DNA of 64,000 bases from an uncultured Pelagibacteraceae bacterium. GTDB lineage: Bacteria > Pseudomonadota > Alphaproteobacteria > Pelagibacterales > Pelagibacteraceae. This document shows, piece by piece, positions 37,401-47,273 of this stretch (its first letter is position 1; every line of letters starts with the position of its first letter). The stretch is from contig CACAPU010000004.1 in NCBI GenBank assembly GCA_902534465.1, positions 16,403-80,402 of the forward strand, written 5' to 3'. The notes beneath the pieces were generated by a model. The model worked only from the letters and a program-made list of their open reading frames with translations. It searched no databases and was not told the origin of the DNA. The translations under genes were made by a program, and so were the position numbers.

Positions 37401-39912
37401 TTTAAGTCTTTATTCTAAATATGCATTTCGTGATTTAATCAGAAGTTATTCGAAAATTTTAAGTATAATAATTACATTATTAATAAGCCTATTTATTCTT
37501 AGCACTATCTTAACCATCGAAGATAGTTTAGAGAATGAACTTAACGAAAATTCAAAAGTTCTCTTAGGAGGGGATTTAGAAATTGATTATAATAACAGAG
37601 AAGGAGATAGAGATTTAATAAAAAAGATTGAAAATATTTCTACAGTATCTCAAATAGTTGAATTCAGCACAATGATTTCAACTGTTGAAAAAAAACTAAA
37701 TAAAACATCATTTACCAGAATAAAAGCGATAGATCAAAATTACCCTTTGTATGGAGATGTAATTTTTGAACCAGCTGGGTCATTAAAAAAATTAAACGAA
37801 ATCGATAATACTATTCTGGTAAATGAAAATATTTTTAAGAATTTGAACCTTAAAATTAATGATATTGTAAAAGTTCAAAATGTAAAATTTAAAGTTATTG
37901 GTGTTGTAAAAGTTCTTCCAGATATTGGTGGAGCATTCGTATTTGGTGATTTTGCATTAACAGGAAAAAATACATTAGACAAACTAGAATTAAATACATT
38001 AGGAAGTTTCTTAAATTACGAATACAAAATTAAATTTGATGATTACAAAAATAAAGATAAAAAAATAAATGAAATTAAAAAAATTTTTAAAAATAATGAT
38101 AAGGTAAAAATACGATATCCAGAGAATTCTGCAGGGGGCATAAAAAGAATTATTGATAATTTTTCACAATTTTTATCACTAGTTTCAATAAGTGCTATGC
38201 TAATTGCTGGAATAGGAATTGCTAATACTCTTCTTTCATTTATTAATCAAAAGAATTCATCAATTGCTGTTCAAAAAGCAATTGGAATAAATTCAGGAAA
38301 TATTAAAACTATTTATTATTTGCAGTTGTTAATTAGTTTAATCTTTATTTCTTTAGTCGCTTATGGATTAAGTTTTTTATTGGTACCAGTCGTTGATAAA
38401 TATATATCAGATGGACTTGGATTAAACATTAAGGCATCTTTTTCTTTAACAAATTTATTTATTGTTTTTGTGGTTGGATTGTTAGTTATAATAATATTTT
38501 CAATCCCAACTGTTAATTCAATTGACCAAATTAAAGCCTCTAGTTTATTTAGAAATGTTTTTCAAAGTTTGCAGTTTAAATATACAAAATTATCAATTAG
38601 CTTAAGTTTGTTACTACTTACCATTTTAGTCATCTTGTTTGCTTTTAGGTCTTCGATACCTACTTATAGTTTGATATATTTTGCCTCATTCTTTGTATGT
38701 TTGGTAGTTTTTTTTTACGTTTCCCGGCTTATAATATTATTATTGAGGAAAAATCTAATTAAGCTTGGGATTTCATCAAAAATAGCAATTAAAAATATTA
38801 CACAATCAAAAAGTATTACACCTATAACTGTGATGTCACTTGGACTAGGTATGACATTGTTACTAACTCTTGCATTTGTAGGCTCTAACTTTAAAAGAGA
38901 AATAGCAAAATCAATTCCAGAAATTGCACCTGACTACTTTTTTTTAGGGATCCAAAATAATCAAAAAGATTTATTTAAAAAAATAATTAATGATACTGAC
39001 AAAGAAGCAGTCACGGAAATTGTTCCAATGGTATCAGCAGGTCTTGTTAAAATAAATGGAATAGATCCAAATACATATATTTCTAATACTAATGATAGTT
39101 ATTGGGTTATTATGAATGACAGAAGAGTTTCGTGGGCTAATACAATTCCAAAAGACAATCCTATATTAGAAGGTAGTTGGTGGGATACTTCACAGCCAAA
39201 TAAGTTACAAATATCACTAGATAGTAAAGTTGCAAAAGACTTTGGAGTAGATATTGGTGACAAATTTACACTTAGAATTTATGGAAGAGAGGTTGAAGGA
39301 GAAGTAGTAAATTTTAGATTGGTTAACTATCAAGATTTAAGTATTAATTTTGCGATGTTACTCAATCCACAATTTGCAGAAAATATTCCACACGAATATC
39401 TCTCTACAATAAAATTTAAAAATATTAAAAGGTTTAATGAAGTTAACTTCTTAGATAAATTTCCAAGTGTATCGATAATAAAAATTTCAGATTATTTATC
39501 AAAAGTTACCAACGTTCTAAACAAGGTTTTTATAGCAGTCAGTATAATATCAGCTGTAACAGTTATTATTGGTTTAGTTGTAATCTCAAGTGCAATTATT
39601 GTTCAAGGAAAAATTAAAATATTTCAAAACCTAGTTTTTAAAATCTTAGGTTTTTCTAAGAAGGAAATTATTATGTCTTCAATTATTGAATTTATAATTT
39701 CTTTTTTATCTATTATATTTTTTTCAACTATTTTTGCAGTATTAGCATCAAAGTTTATCATAGAAAATATTTTTCAACTTAAATGGTTATTTGAATTAAA
39801 TATATTTTTATATGTTACAACTGGGGTAGGTATAGCAACACTTACTCTAATTGTGATCACAAATTTTAGGTATTTAAGTCCAAAAGTTTATCCACTCGTT
39901 AGAAATGAGTAA
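37387..39912 (+). CDS. FtsX-like ABC permease (YbbP-like)
   Basis: 841 aa with duplicated permease halves; LLGGDL, YPLYG, APDYF. Confidence 0.88.
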   Translation: MKINDLSLYSKYAFRDLIRSYSKILSIIITLLISLFILSTILTIEDSLENELNENSKVLLGGDLEIDYNNREGDRDLIKKIENISTVSQIVEFSTMISTVEKKLNKTSFTRIKAIDQNYPLYGDVIFEPAGSLKKLNEIDNTILVNENIFKNLNLKINDIVKVQNVKFKVIGVVKVLPDIGGAFVFGDFALTGKNTLDKLELNTLGSFLNYEYKIKFDDYKNKDKKINEIKKIFKNNDKVKIRYPENSAGGIKRIIDNFSQFLSLVSISAMLIAGIGIANTLLSFINQKNSSIAVQKAIGINSGNIKTIYYLQLLISLIFISLVAYGLSFLLVPVVDKYISDGLGLNIKASFSLTNLFIVFVVGLLVIIIFSIPTVNSIDQIKASSLFRNVFQSLQFKYTKLSISLSLLLLTILVILFAFRSSIPTYSLIYFASFFVCLVVFFYVSRLIILLLRKNLIKLGISSKIAIKNITQSKSITPITVMSLGLGMTLLLTLAFVGSNFKREIAKSIPEIAPDYFFLGIQNNQKDLFKKIINDTDKEAVTEIVPMVSAGLVKINGIDPNTYISNTNDSYWVIMNDRRVSWANTIPKDNPILEGSWWDTSQPNKLQISLDSKVAKDFGVDIGDKFTLRIYGREVEGEVVNFRLVNYQDLSINFAMLLNPQFAENIPHEYLSTIKFKNIKRFNEVNFLDKFPSVSIIKISDYLSKVTNVLNKVFIAVSIISAVTVIIGLVVISSAIIVQGKIKIFQNLVFKILGFSKKEIIMSSIIEFIISFLSIIFFSTIFAVLASKFIIENIFQLKWLFELNIFLYVTTGVGIATLTLIVITNFRYLSPKVYPLVRNE

Positions 39913-39931
39913 TTTGGATAATTGTTTAAAT

Positions 39932-40327
39932 TCAGCTTTTAATCGAGGTTTTCAAAGCTTCGTAAATTAAATCTTCCGTAGTTTCTCCTATACTTCTATA
40001 AACTTCTTTATCACCTTTAAAAATCAATAAAGTGGTTTGATAGAGTACATTAAATGAGTCAGCTATATCTCTATTTGTTACATCGAATGAAAAATATTCA
40101 ATGTTATCAAATTTAATATCAGATAACTCACCTTCTTTTTTTGCTGTTTGTAAAACTTTCATCTGATTTGCACATGATCCACAGTATTCTATCCAAGAAC
40201 TAATAACTATAACCTTACCTTCAGACTGAGCTTTCTCAAATAGTGCTTTGTCAAATGTAGTCTTCTTTTCCATTGCATTTGCACCAAATGCAAACAAACA
40301 GATTACAAAGATAAAGAACTTTTTCAT
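39932..40327 (-). CDS. Exported thioredoxin-like protein
   Basis: Signal peptide MKKFF...ANA; CGSC motif; likely ATG at 40327. Confidence 0.8.
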   Translation of the reverse strand: MKKFFIFVICLFAFGANAMEKKTTFDKALFEKAQSEGKVIVISSWIEYCGSCANQMKVLQTAKKEGELSDIKFDNIEYFSFDVTNRDIADSFNVLYQTTLLIFKGDKEVYRSIGETTEDLIYEALKTSIKS

Positions 40328-40415
40328 AACAGAAGTGTATTTGTATATTGAAATCAATAGATGAACATTCTTTAAAGTGACACATGTAAGCTTAAATTTA
40401 TCCAGTAGAGACAAA

Positions 40416-40480
40416 TTTTTTTCTCTAGGCTTCTAGTTAACGAAGCCTAGTATTATAATTAACTTATAATAAGAGAGAGA
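40416..40480 (+). ncRNA. Candidate structured RNA (three-way junction)
   Basis: Two adjacent perfect hairpins enclosed by a U-rich/AG-rich stem with G-U pairs; see findings. Confidence 0.35.
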
Positions 40481-40601
40481 AATGTAAATAATAATCTACA
40501 TATTGATTTGATACAGCGTTACTTATGAATATTAGCTATGTATAATCTGTATATATGCACAAAAATGGCACTTTACTTATTCAAACTATGATTTAAATTG
40601 A

Positions 40602-40668
40602 ATTATGGGGTGCTATTAGGCTGAGATATACCCGTTGAACCTGTCCGGTAATTCAGAAAGGGATAAAT
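40602..40668 (+). promoter_or_regulatory. TPP riboswitch (compact)
   Basis: GGGGTGC...CTGAGA...ACCCGTTGAACCTG...GGTAAT...AGGGA; P1 TTAT/ATAA abuts the start codon. Confidence 0.88.
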
Positions 40669-42097
40669 GAATAACATAAATATATTAAATCAATCATCTG
40701 CAATATTATTAACTTTAACTATAAGTATAATTTTTGTCTTAATCGGACTTCTCTATTCAAAAAAATATCAAGGACTTAACAATTATTTAGTTGCAAGCAG
40801 ATCAGTGGGTACTTTTTCTTTAATAACCAGTTTAGTTGCATCTGCATTAGGAGCGTGGATATTATTTGGACCTGCATCAGCGGCAACATGGGGAGGAATA
40901 GGGGCTGTTATTGGATATTCTCTAGGTACTGCGTTCCCTCTTTTTATCTTAATTTATTTGGGAAAAAAATTTAGAGATAATTATCCAAGAGGGAAATCTT
41001 TGATTGAAGTTGTAAGATCTAGATTTGGCTCACAATTGTTTAAACTGATTTTGTTTTTATCTATTTTTTATATGTCGATTTTTTTAATTGCTGAGGTTAC
41101 TGCAGTTTCGATTTTAATAAATTATATTTCTGGAACAGACTTATGGATTACAGCTTCAATCGTGATCACAAGCTCACTCATATATACTTTGTACGGAGGG
41201 TTAAGAGCTTCAATTTTTACAGATAATATTCAATTCATAGTATTTGGTCTGTTGTTGTTAATATCATTTTCATACTTAATCTCCTTCAACTCAAATGAGT
41301 TTAGTTTTGAATTTATAAATCAGAACAAACCAAATTTACTAAGCCCAGGCTACTTGCCAAATTTCACTGCTGGCTTAACTTTTTTTATAGCTGTAGCTGC
41401 AACCAATCTTTTTCATCAGGGAAATTGGCAAAGAGTTTATGCTGCTAAAGATAATAGAGTTTTAAAGAATAGTTTAATTGTCTCATTTTTAATAATCATA
41501 CCAATAGTATTTATGATGGGTTTTTCAGGATTAATTGCAACTTCTCAAAACTCAAATGTTATTCCTGATCTTGCATTTTTTTCTTTATTGCTGAAAGATA
41601 ATGCTATTTCTTTATCAGTTATAATAATCTTTTTAGCAATTTCTTTAACAGTAAGCAGTATAGATACTTTAGTAAATGCTATTTCAAGCCTAATAATTGT
41701 CGATGGGAATAAAGTCTTAAAATTTAAAGGTGATTACTTAAAATTTTCAAAGCAAATAATAATAATAATCTCTATAATTTCATTTTTTGTAGCATCAAAA
41801 GGATTGAGTATTTTATATTTATTTTTACTGGCTGATTTATTTTGCTGCGCAGCAGTACTAAGTATATTTTTTGGTTTTTACTCTAAAAAGTTTAATGAAA
41901 AAAATGCATATGTATCAATTATCGTTGGCTTGATCGGAGGAATTCTTTTGTTTCCCAGTCCTGACTTTTCAAAATCAATTCTGGTCGGAATATTACTGCC
42001 AATAGATTTTTTACCGGCATTTGTCTCTCAATCCTTACTGTTTTGTTCTTTTATAGTTGCAACATTTTTACCTATTTTAACTTGGAAACTAAAGTAA
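40667..42097 (+). CDS. thiV: Na+/solute symporter, thiamin-precursor (HMP) transporter
   Basis: SSS motifs (YTLYGGLRASIFTD, WQRVYAAK); directly behind a TPP riboswitch, as known for SAR11 thiV. Confidence 0.82.
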   Translation: MNNINILNQSSAILLTLTISIIFVLIGLLYSKKYQGLNNYLVASRSVGTFSLITSLVASALGAWILFGPASAATWGGIGAVIGYSLGTAFPLFILIYLGKKFRDNYPRGKSLIEVVRSRFGSQLFKLILFLSIFYMSIFLIAEVTAVSILINYISGTDLWITASIVITSSLIYTLYGGLRASIFTDNIQFIVFGLLLLISFSYLISFNSNEFSFEFINQNKPNLLSPGYLPNFTAGLTFFIAVAATNLFHQGNWQRVYAAKDNRVLKNSLIVSFLIIIPIVFMMGFSGLIATSQNSNVIPDLAFFSLLLKDNAISLSVIIIFLAISLTVSSIDTLVNAISSLIIVDGNKVLKFKGDYLKFSKQIIIIISIISFFVASKGLSILYLFLLADLFCCAAVLSIFFGFYSKKFNEKNAYVSIIVGLIGGILLFPSPDFSKSILVGILLPIDFLPAFVSQSLLFCSFIVATFLPILTWKLK

Positions 42098-42142
42098 ACC
42101 ATTATTTACATCTTATTAATATAAATATATTATAAATTAATT

Positions 42143-43249
42143 ATGAGTTTTATTTTGCCATTTATTATATTAATTATTGTAGTTGTGTTTATTCATGAAT
42201 ATGGACACTACTATTTTGCAAAAAAATATGGTGTTGGGGTAACAGATTTTTCAATTGGTTTTGGTAAAGAATTGTTCGGTTGGAATGATAAATCTGGGAC
42301 AAGATGGAAAATTTGCTGGATACCCCTGGGCGGTTATGTTAAATTTTTTGGAGATCGAAATGTTTTTTCTCAGGCTGATCAAGAAGAACTTTTAAAAAAA
42401 TACAATAAAGAAGATCAAGAAAAGCTTTTTGTCACAAAACCGTTGTATCAAAGATCATTGATTGTTGCAGGCGGTCCAATTGCAAACTTCGTTTTAGCAA
42501 TATTTATTTTTTTATTCATATATATGTTTGCTGGCAAAGACTTTACCCCAGCAGTTATTGATGAGGTTCAAAAAGACAGCCCTGCAGAGATTGCTGGAAT
42601 GAAAAAAAATGACATAATACTTGAGATAGATAATAACAAAGTAGAGAGTATTCTTGATGTTTCTAAACTAATTTTAATGTCAACATCTGAAATAGTTGAT
42701 TTTAAAGTTTCTAGATATGATCAAGAATTATTATTAAAAGTAAAACCAAAAATTGTTGCCGGAGTTGATAATCTTGGAAACAAAATTAATAAAAGAATTA
42801 TTGGCATAAAACTTAGTCCATATAACAATGAAATAAACCATAAAAAATTAGGACCAGCCAAGGCATTAATTGAGTCTATTAAAGAAGTTTACTTTGTTAC
42901 CACCTCATCTCTTAAATATATGGGCTCTATGATTACTGGCTCTGGAGACAGTTCTCAACTAGGAGGGCCAATTAGAATAGCTAAAATTTCAGGTCAAGTG
43001 GCAGAGTTTGGAATACTCCCATTTATTAGCATGATGGCTTATATTTCAATTAGTTTAGGTTTAATTAACCTTTTTCCAATACCACTTTTAGATGGGGGCC
43101 ATTTAATGTTTTATGCATTTGAAAAGGTGTTAGGAAAGCCATTAAGTCAAAAAACACAGGAAGGTTTTTTTCGAATCGGAATGTTTTTATTGTTAACTTT
43201 GATGTTTTTTGCGACTTTCAATGACCTTAAAGATTTAGGCTTATTTTAA
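42143..43249 (+). CDS. rseP: RIP metalloprotease RseP
   Basis: HEYGH, PDZ domain, NLFPIPLLDGG. Confidence 0.95.
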   Translation: MSFILPFIILIIVVVFIHEYGHYYFAKKYGVGVTDFSIGFGKELFGWNDKSGTRWKICWIPLGGYVKFFGDRNVFSQADQEELLKKYNKEDQEKLFVTKPLYQRSLIVAGGPIANFVLAIFIFLFIYMFAGKDFTPAVIDEVQKDSPAEIAGMKKNDIILEIDNNKVESILDVSKLILMSTSEIVDFKVSRYDQELLLKVKPKIVAGVDNLGNKINKRIIGIKLSPYNNEINHKKLGPAKALIESIKEVYFVTTSSLKYMGSMITGSGDSSQLGGPIRIAKISGQVAEFGILPFISMMAYISISLGLINLFPIPLLDGGHLMFYAFEKVLGKPLSQKTQEGFFRIGMFLLLTLMFFATFNDLKDLGLF

Positions 43250-43400
43250 AGGCATTTTTGATAGTTAAAAAAGCTATATAAATCAACACTTTTTTACAAC
43301 TATATATTGTGCCAAAAAATATTTTAGACACAAAAAAAAAGCTTGAATTATCAATGATTTTGTTAACTATGTAAATATAACCTTTAAAACCGGAGCTAAA

Positions 43401-43676
43401 ATGAACAAAAAACAACTTATAGCAAAACTAGCTGGGTCGTTAAATCAAAGTAAAGCTGATGCTGAGCGTACTTTTGATACAATTACCAACACTATTTTGG
43501 ATGCTTTGAAAGGCGACGATAATGTGAAAATTGCTGGTTTTGGTACATATAAAGTGGCTAAAAGAAAAGCCCGAATTGGCCGTAATCCAAGAACTGGAGA
43601 ACAAATCCAAATCGCTGCTTCTCAAAAGGTAAAATTTTTACCTGCAAAAGCACTTAAAGAAGTTTTCAACAAATAA
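43401..43676 (+). CDS. hup: HU DNA-binding protein
   Basis: MNKKQLI, GFGTY, GRNPRTGE. Confidence 0.95.
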   Translation: MNKKQLIAKLAGSLNQSKADAERTFDTITNTILDALKGDDNVKIAGFGTYKVAKRKARIGRNPRTGEQIQIAASQKVKFLPAKALKEVFNK

Positions 43677-43684
43677 ACTTTTTT

Positions 43685-43726
43685 TAACAGCCTTTTTTAA
43701 GCTTAAAAACTTGAAAAAGGCTGTTA
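43685..43726 (+). terminator. Stem-loop after hup
   Basis: TAACAGCCTTTTTTAAG...CTTGAAAAAGGCTGTTA. Confidence 0.6.
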
Positions 43727-43821
43727 CTACATGCACTTACTGCATACCTATTTTTCCTAACTATCATTAGTTTTTAATTTTATTAAATTTATAAGAACAT
43801 CTTTAATTAAACGGAGGTGAA

Positions 43822-45123
43822 ATGGTTAAACTTTTAAAAAAACTGGTTGGTCCATTAGTAAGTTTATTTTTCTTACTAAATATGACTAGTGCCGGTTATG
43901 CTGAAACTACAGTTTCAGCTGAAGTAGGTTTCATATTCAATACATTTCTTTTCTTGGTCTGTGGTTTTCTAGTAATGTTTATGGCAGCTGGATTCGCCAT
44001 GCTTGAATCAGGAATGGTAACATCAAAAAGTGTATCAGTAATATGTGCCAAAAATATTGGATTATTTTCAATAGCTGGAATTATGTTCTGGATGGTTGGA
44101 TATAATTTAGCATACGGAATTCCAGAAGGTGGATACATTGGAAGCTTTACTCCATGGTCTGATGCAAGTTCAGTAGATACTGGATATGCAGATGGATCTG
44201 ATTGGTACTTTCAAATGGTTTTCTGTGCAACAACAGTTTCAATTGTATCTGGAACATTAGCTGAAAGAATTAAATTATGGCCGTTCTTTTTATTTGCAGC
44301 TATTCTCTCAGGTATCATTTATCCAATCGTTATGGGTTGGCAGTGGGGAGGTGGCTGGTTAGCAGCTGCTGGTTTCTCAGACTTTGCTGGCTCTACTCTC
44401 GTTCACTCAACTGGAGGTGCAGCAGCATTAGCTGGAGCAATTCTATTAGGAGCTAGAACAGGTAGATTTGATAAATCTGGAGCAGCTAAACCTATGAAGC
44501 CGTTTGCGGCGTCATCTGTACCATTGGTAACAGTTGGAGTATTTATTTTATGGCTAGGTTGGTTCGGATTTAATGGTGGATCACAATTAGCAATGGGAAC
44601 ATTTGATGATGCAGTTGCTGTATCAAATATTTTCATTAACACAAATTTAGCAGCCTGTGGTGGTGTATTAGCAGCTGGAGCAGTAACTAGATTAATGGCA
44701 GGTAAAACTGACGTTATACAAATGCTTAACGGAGCAATTGGTGGTCTAGTAGCAATTACAGCTGAACCATTAATGCCTTCACCGCTAGCAGCAATTCTTA
44801 TAGGTGCAATTGGTGGACTAATAGTTGTGTTCGGAACTAAATTATTATTCTCACTTAAAATCGATGATGTAGTTGGAGCAATTCCAGCTCACTTATTTGC
44901 TGGAGTATGGGGAACATTAGCTGTTCCACTTACAAATGGTGATGCATCATTCGGTGCGCAGCTTCTTGGAGTAATATCAATCAATGCATTTGTTTTTATA
45001 GTTTCACTAATAGTTTGGGGAATTATGAAAGGTACAATGGGTATAAGATTGAGTAAAGAAGCAGAAAGACTTGGAACTGACGTTTCAGAGTCTGGTGTAA
45101 TTGCATACGCAATAAGAGACTAA
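43822..45123 (+). CDS. amtB: Ammonium transporter
   Basis: FQMVF, DFAGSTLVH, WFGFNGGS, DDVVGAIPAH; SD GGAGG. Confidence 0.96.
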   Translation: MVKLLKKLVGPLVSLFFLLNMTSAGYAETTVSAEVGFIFNTFLFLVCGFLVMFMAAGFAMLESGMVTSKSVSVICAKNIGLFSIAGIMFWMVGYNLAYGIPEGGYIGSFTPWSDASSVDTGYADGSDWYFQMVFCATTVSIVSGTLAERIKLWPFFLFAAILSGIIYPIVMGWQWGGGWLAAAGFSDFAGSTLVHSTGGAAALAGAILLGARTGRFDKSGAAKPMKPFAASSVPLVTVGVFILWLGWFGFNGGSQLAMGTFDDAVAVSNIFINTNLAACGGVLAAGAVTRLMAGKTDVIQMLNGAIGGLVAITAEPLMPSPLAAILIGAIGGLIVVFGTKLLFSLKIDDVVGAIPAHLFAGVWGTLAVPLTNGDASFGAQLLGVISINAFVFIVSLIVWGIMKGTMGIRLSKEAERLGTDVSESGVIAYAIRD

Positions 45124-45152
45124 AGAATAACTATCTCTCTCTCTATAGTTAG

Positions 45153-45179
45153 AAAAGGCCCCTATTTGGGGCCTTTTTT
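45153..45179. terminator. Bidirectional rho-independent terminator (amtB/bcp)
   Basis: AAAAGGCCCC-TATTT-GGGGCCTTTTTT. Confidence 0.85.
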
Positions 45180-45624
45180 ATTTAATACTATTAATAAAAT
45201 CTAAAACTTCTTGAGCATGGCCTACTGCTCTAATGTTTCTCCACTCTTTTATAATTTTTTTTTTTTTAATTACAAAAGTACTTCTAACCGTGCCCATAAA
45301 TTCCCTGCCCATAAATTTCTTTTTAGCCCATGTTTTGTATGCTTTAAGAGAGGTCTTATCTTCATCGGCTAGTAACTCAAACTTTAGATTAAGTTTTTTG
45401 CTCCATTTTTGATGACTCACTAAACTATCTTTTGAAATTCCATAAATTGTGCATCCAAGTTTTTCAAATTTACTTAGAAGTTTATTAAAATCATTTGTTT
45501 CAATCGTACATCCACTTGTATTGTCTTTTGGATAAAAATAGATAATAATGAATTTTGATTTTATTTTATTTAATTCAACAGTTTTTCCAGATGTAGATGA
45601 TAATTTAAAGTTTGGAGCCTTCAT
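45178..45624 (-). CDS. bcp: BCP-type peroxiredoxin
   Basis: YFYPKDNTSGCTIE, RSTF. Confidence 0.9.
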   Translation of the reverse strand: MKAPNFKLSSTSGKTVELNKIKSKFIIIYFYPKDNTSGCTIETNDFNKLLSKFEKLGCTIYGISKDSLVSHQKWSKKLNLKFELLADEDKTSLKAYKTWAKKKFMGREFMGTVRSTFVIKKKKIIKEWRNIRAVGHAQEVLDFINSIK

Positions 45625-45678
45625 ATTGTGATCTTTATTTTTTATAGTAATATATTTTATTTAGTGTATTAAACCTTT

Positions 45679-46065
45679 ATGACAATAAAATCAGCATCAA
45701 CATTAGTCGCAGAAGCTCTAAAAGAAATAAAAACCATATCACCCAGTGAAGCTTTAGAAAAAGTTAATAATAATACCTGTAATCTTATTGATATAAGAGA
45801 TGTAAGAGAATTAGAAAGATTAGGTAGAATAGAAAACTCTTCTCATATACCAAGAGGAATGTTGGAATTTTGGATGGATCCAGATAGTCAATATTTTAAG
45901 GAAGGAAAAATCGATATGAATAAAGAAATAGTTTTATTCTGTGCAGGAGGACTTAGATCAGCTTTAGCCACTAAAACTTTACAAAATATGGGTTTTACTA
46001 ACATTTCTCATGTGGATGGTGGATTTGGTTCAATGCAAAATTCTGGATTTAAAATTATAAAATAA
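45679..46065 (+). CDS. Single-domain rhodanese
   Basis: LIDIRD, PRGMLEF, FCAGGLRS, DGGF. Confidence 0.9.
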   Translation: MTIKSASTLVAEALKEIKTISPSEALEKVNNNTCNLIDIRDVRELERLGRIENSSHIPRGMLEFWMDPDSQYFKEGKIDMNKEIVLFCAGGLRSALATKTLQNMGFTNISHVDGGFGSMQNSGFKIIK

Positions 46066-46073
46066 TCCTAAAG

Positions 46074-46547
46074 TTAGTCTAATAAATTTATTCTCTTCGC
46101 GTAAAACATTCTAGCAATCCAATAAATTACCAAACCAATTGGACCAATAAAGTAAGTTATAATTAATGGAATAAAAACTAAATATTTTGACATAAATAAT
46201 TTTTGACTATCTTTCATAATCCATGCGCCACAAAATAAATTTACAGCTAAAAAGTGTGTCCAAAACATTATTAAAAAAGCTTCTGCCTCAAAGAGGTTTC
46301 TTAAATCGTATAAACCAAGATACAGTGTAAAATTATAATCAAAATCGTATCCAGAAACAAAAAAGTAGTAACCCAGATAGCAATACACAGCAGACAATAT
46401 TAAAAAAGGAACAACAGATGTTACTAGCAAACCACAAACTTTAGATTGTGGAAAAACAATCAAAATCAGCCAAAAAGGTATTACGCCAATATTTAACCAT
46501 AAATAGATCATTTCTATGGTAAAAAAAGCTGCTATTTGTTCAATCAT
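46074..46547 (-). CDS. ABA4-like (DUF4281) membrane protein
   Basis: PFWLILI, WTHFLAVNLFCG, FIGPIGL. Confidence 0.8.
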   Translation of the reverse strand: MIEQIAAFFTIEMIYLWLNIGVIPFWLILIVFPQSKVCGLLVTSVVPFLILSAVYCYLGYYFFVSGYDFDYNFTLYLGLYDLRNLFEAEAFLIMFWTHFLAVNLFCGAWIMKDSQKLFMSKYLVFIPLIITYFIGPIGLVIYWIARMFYAKRINLLD

Positions 46548-46576
46548 AATATTTTTATATTATATTAAATAAGCGC

Positions 46577-47140
46577 ATGATTCCTATAAAAAATAAAAAA
46601 AAGACATTAGAAGTCACGGTAACTGAAATGACTAATTTCGCACTTAATTATGTAGAAAAATTTGCTCCATCAAAACAACAATTGAGAACGTATTTGTTAA
46701 AAAAATATCTTACGTCAAGAACTCCAAATATAAAAAAAAATGATGTATCAAATTTAATCGATATTGTTCTTGAAGATCTTGAAAAATCAAAATTTATTAA
46801 TGACAAATTTTACTCAGAATCTAAAGCAAAAAGTTTAATACAAAGAGGATCTTCAATAAATAAGATAAGAAATTATTTAATCAACAAAGGCGTAGGTGAA
46901 AAATATATAAAAAATACTATCGAACAAATCAAAGATAAAAATGAAGACCAAGATTTTTTTTCAGCTATAAAAATTTGTAAAAAAAAAAGAATTGGACCAT
47001 CTAGACAGGAGGACAATAGACCTTTATTTTATAAAAAAGACATCGGAGTATTAGCACGCTCAGGTTTTGATTTTGAAGTTTCAAGAAGAGTAATGGATTT
47101 AGATAAAGATGAATATTTAAAGATTATAAATCTTCTTTAG
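46577..47140 (+). CDS. recX: Regulatory protein RecX
   Basis: ALNYV, INDKFY, QRGSS, LARSGF three-helix repeats. Confidence 0.8.
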   Translation: MIPIKNKKKTLEVTVTEMTNFALNYVEKFAPSKQQLRTYLLKKYLTSRTPNIKKNDVSNLIDIVLEDLEKSKFINDKFYSESKAKSLIQRGSSINKIRNYLINKGVGEKYIKNTIEQIKDKNEDQDFFSAIKICKKKRIGPSRQEDNRPLFYKKDIGVLARSGFDFEVSRRVMDLDKDEYLKIINLL

Positions 47141-47273
47141 TTTTTTTATTTTTTTCTTCTAAATAATATTGAATTTTGTTTTTTATATAATTTTTGACCA
47201 TTACAAAAACTATTAATCCAAATATTGAAACGGATACAATGATTATTAAAATTATTCTTAATTGCTCGCTCAT
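47124..47273 (-). CDS. Small single-TM protein (49 aa), not in ORF track
   Basis: MSEQLRIILIIIVSVSIFGLIVFVMVKNYIKNKIQYYLEEKNKKTKEDL; ATGA overlap with the cysQ stop. Confidence 0.6.
   Translation of the reverse strand: MSEQLRIILIIIVSVSIFGLIVFVMVKNYIKNKIQYYLEEKNKKTKEDL

Noticed and set aside
43731-43746. NtrC-like box (TGCAC...TGCA) upstream of amtB
   Set aside because: Spacing does not fit the NtrC consensus and no sigma-54 promoter is evident; too weak to call
45133-45145. (TC)n microsatellite after amtB
   Set aside because: Short and non-coding, forming the loop of a weak hairpin beside the terminator; no sign of a phase-variation role
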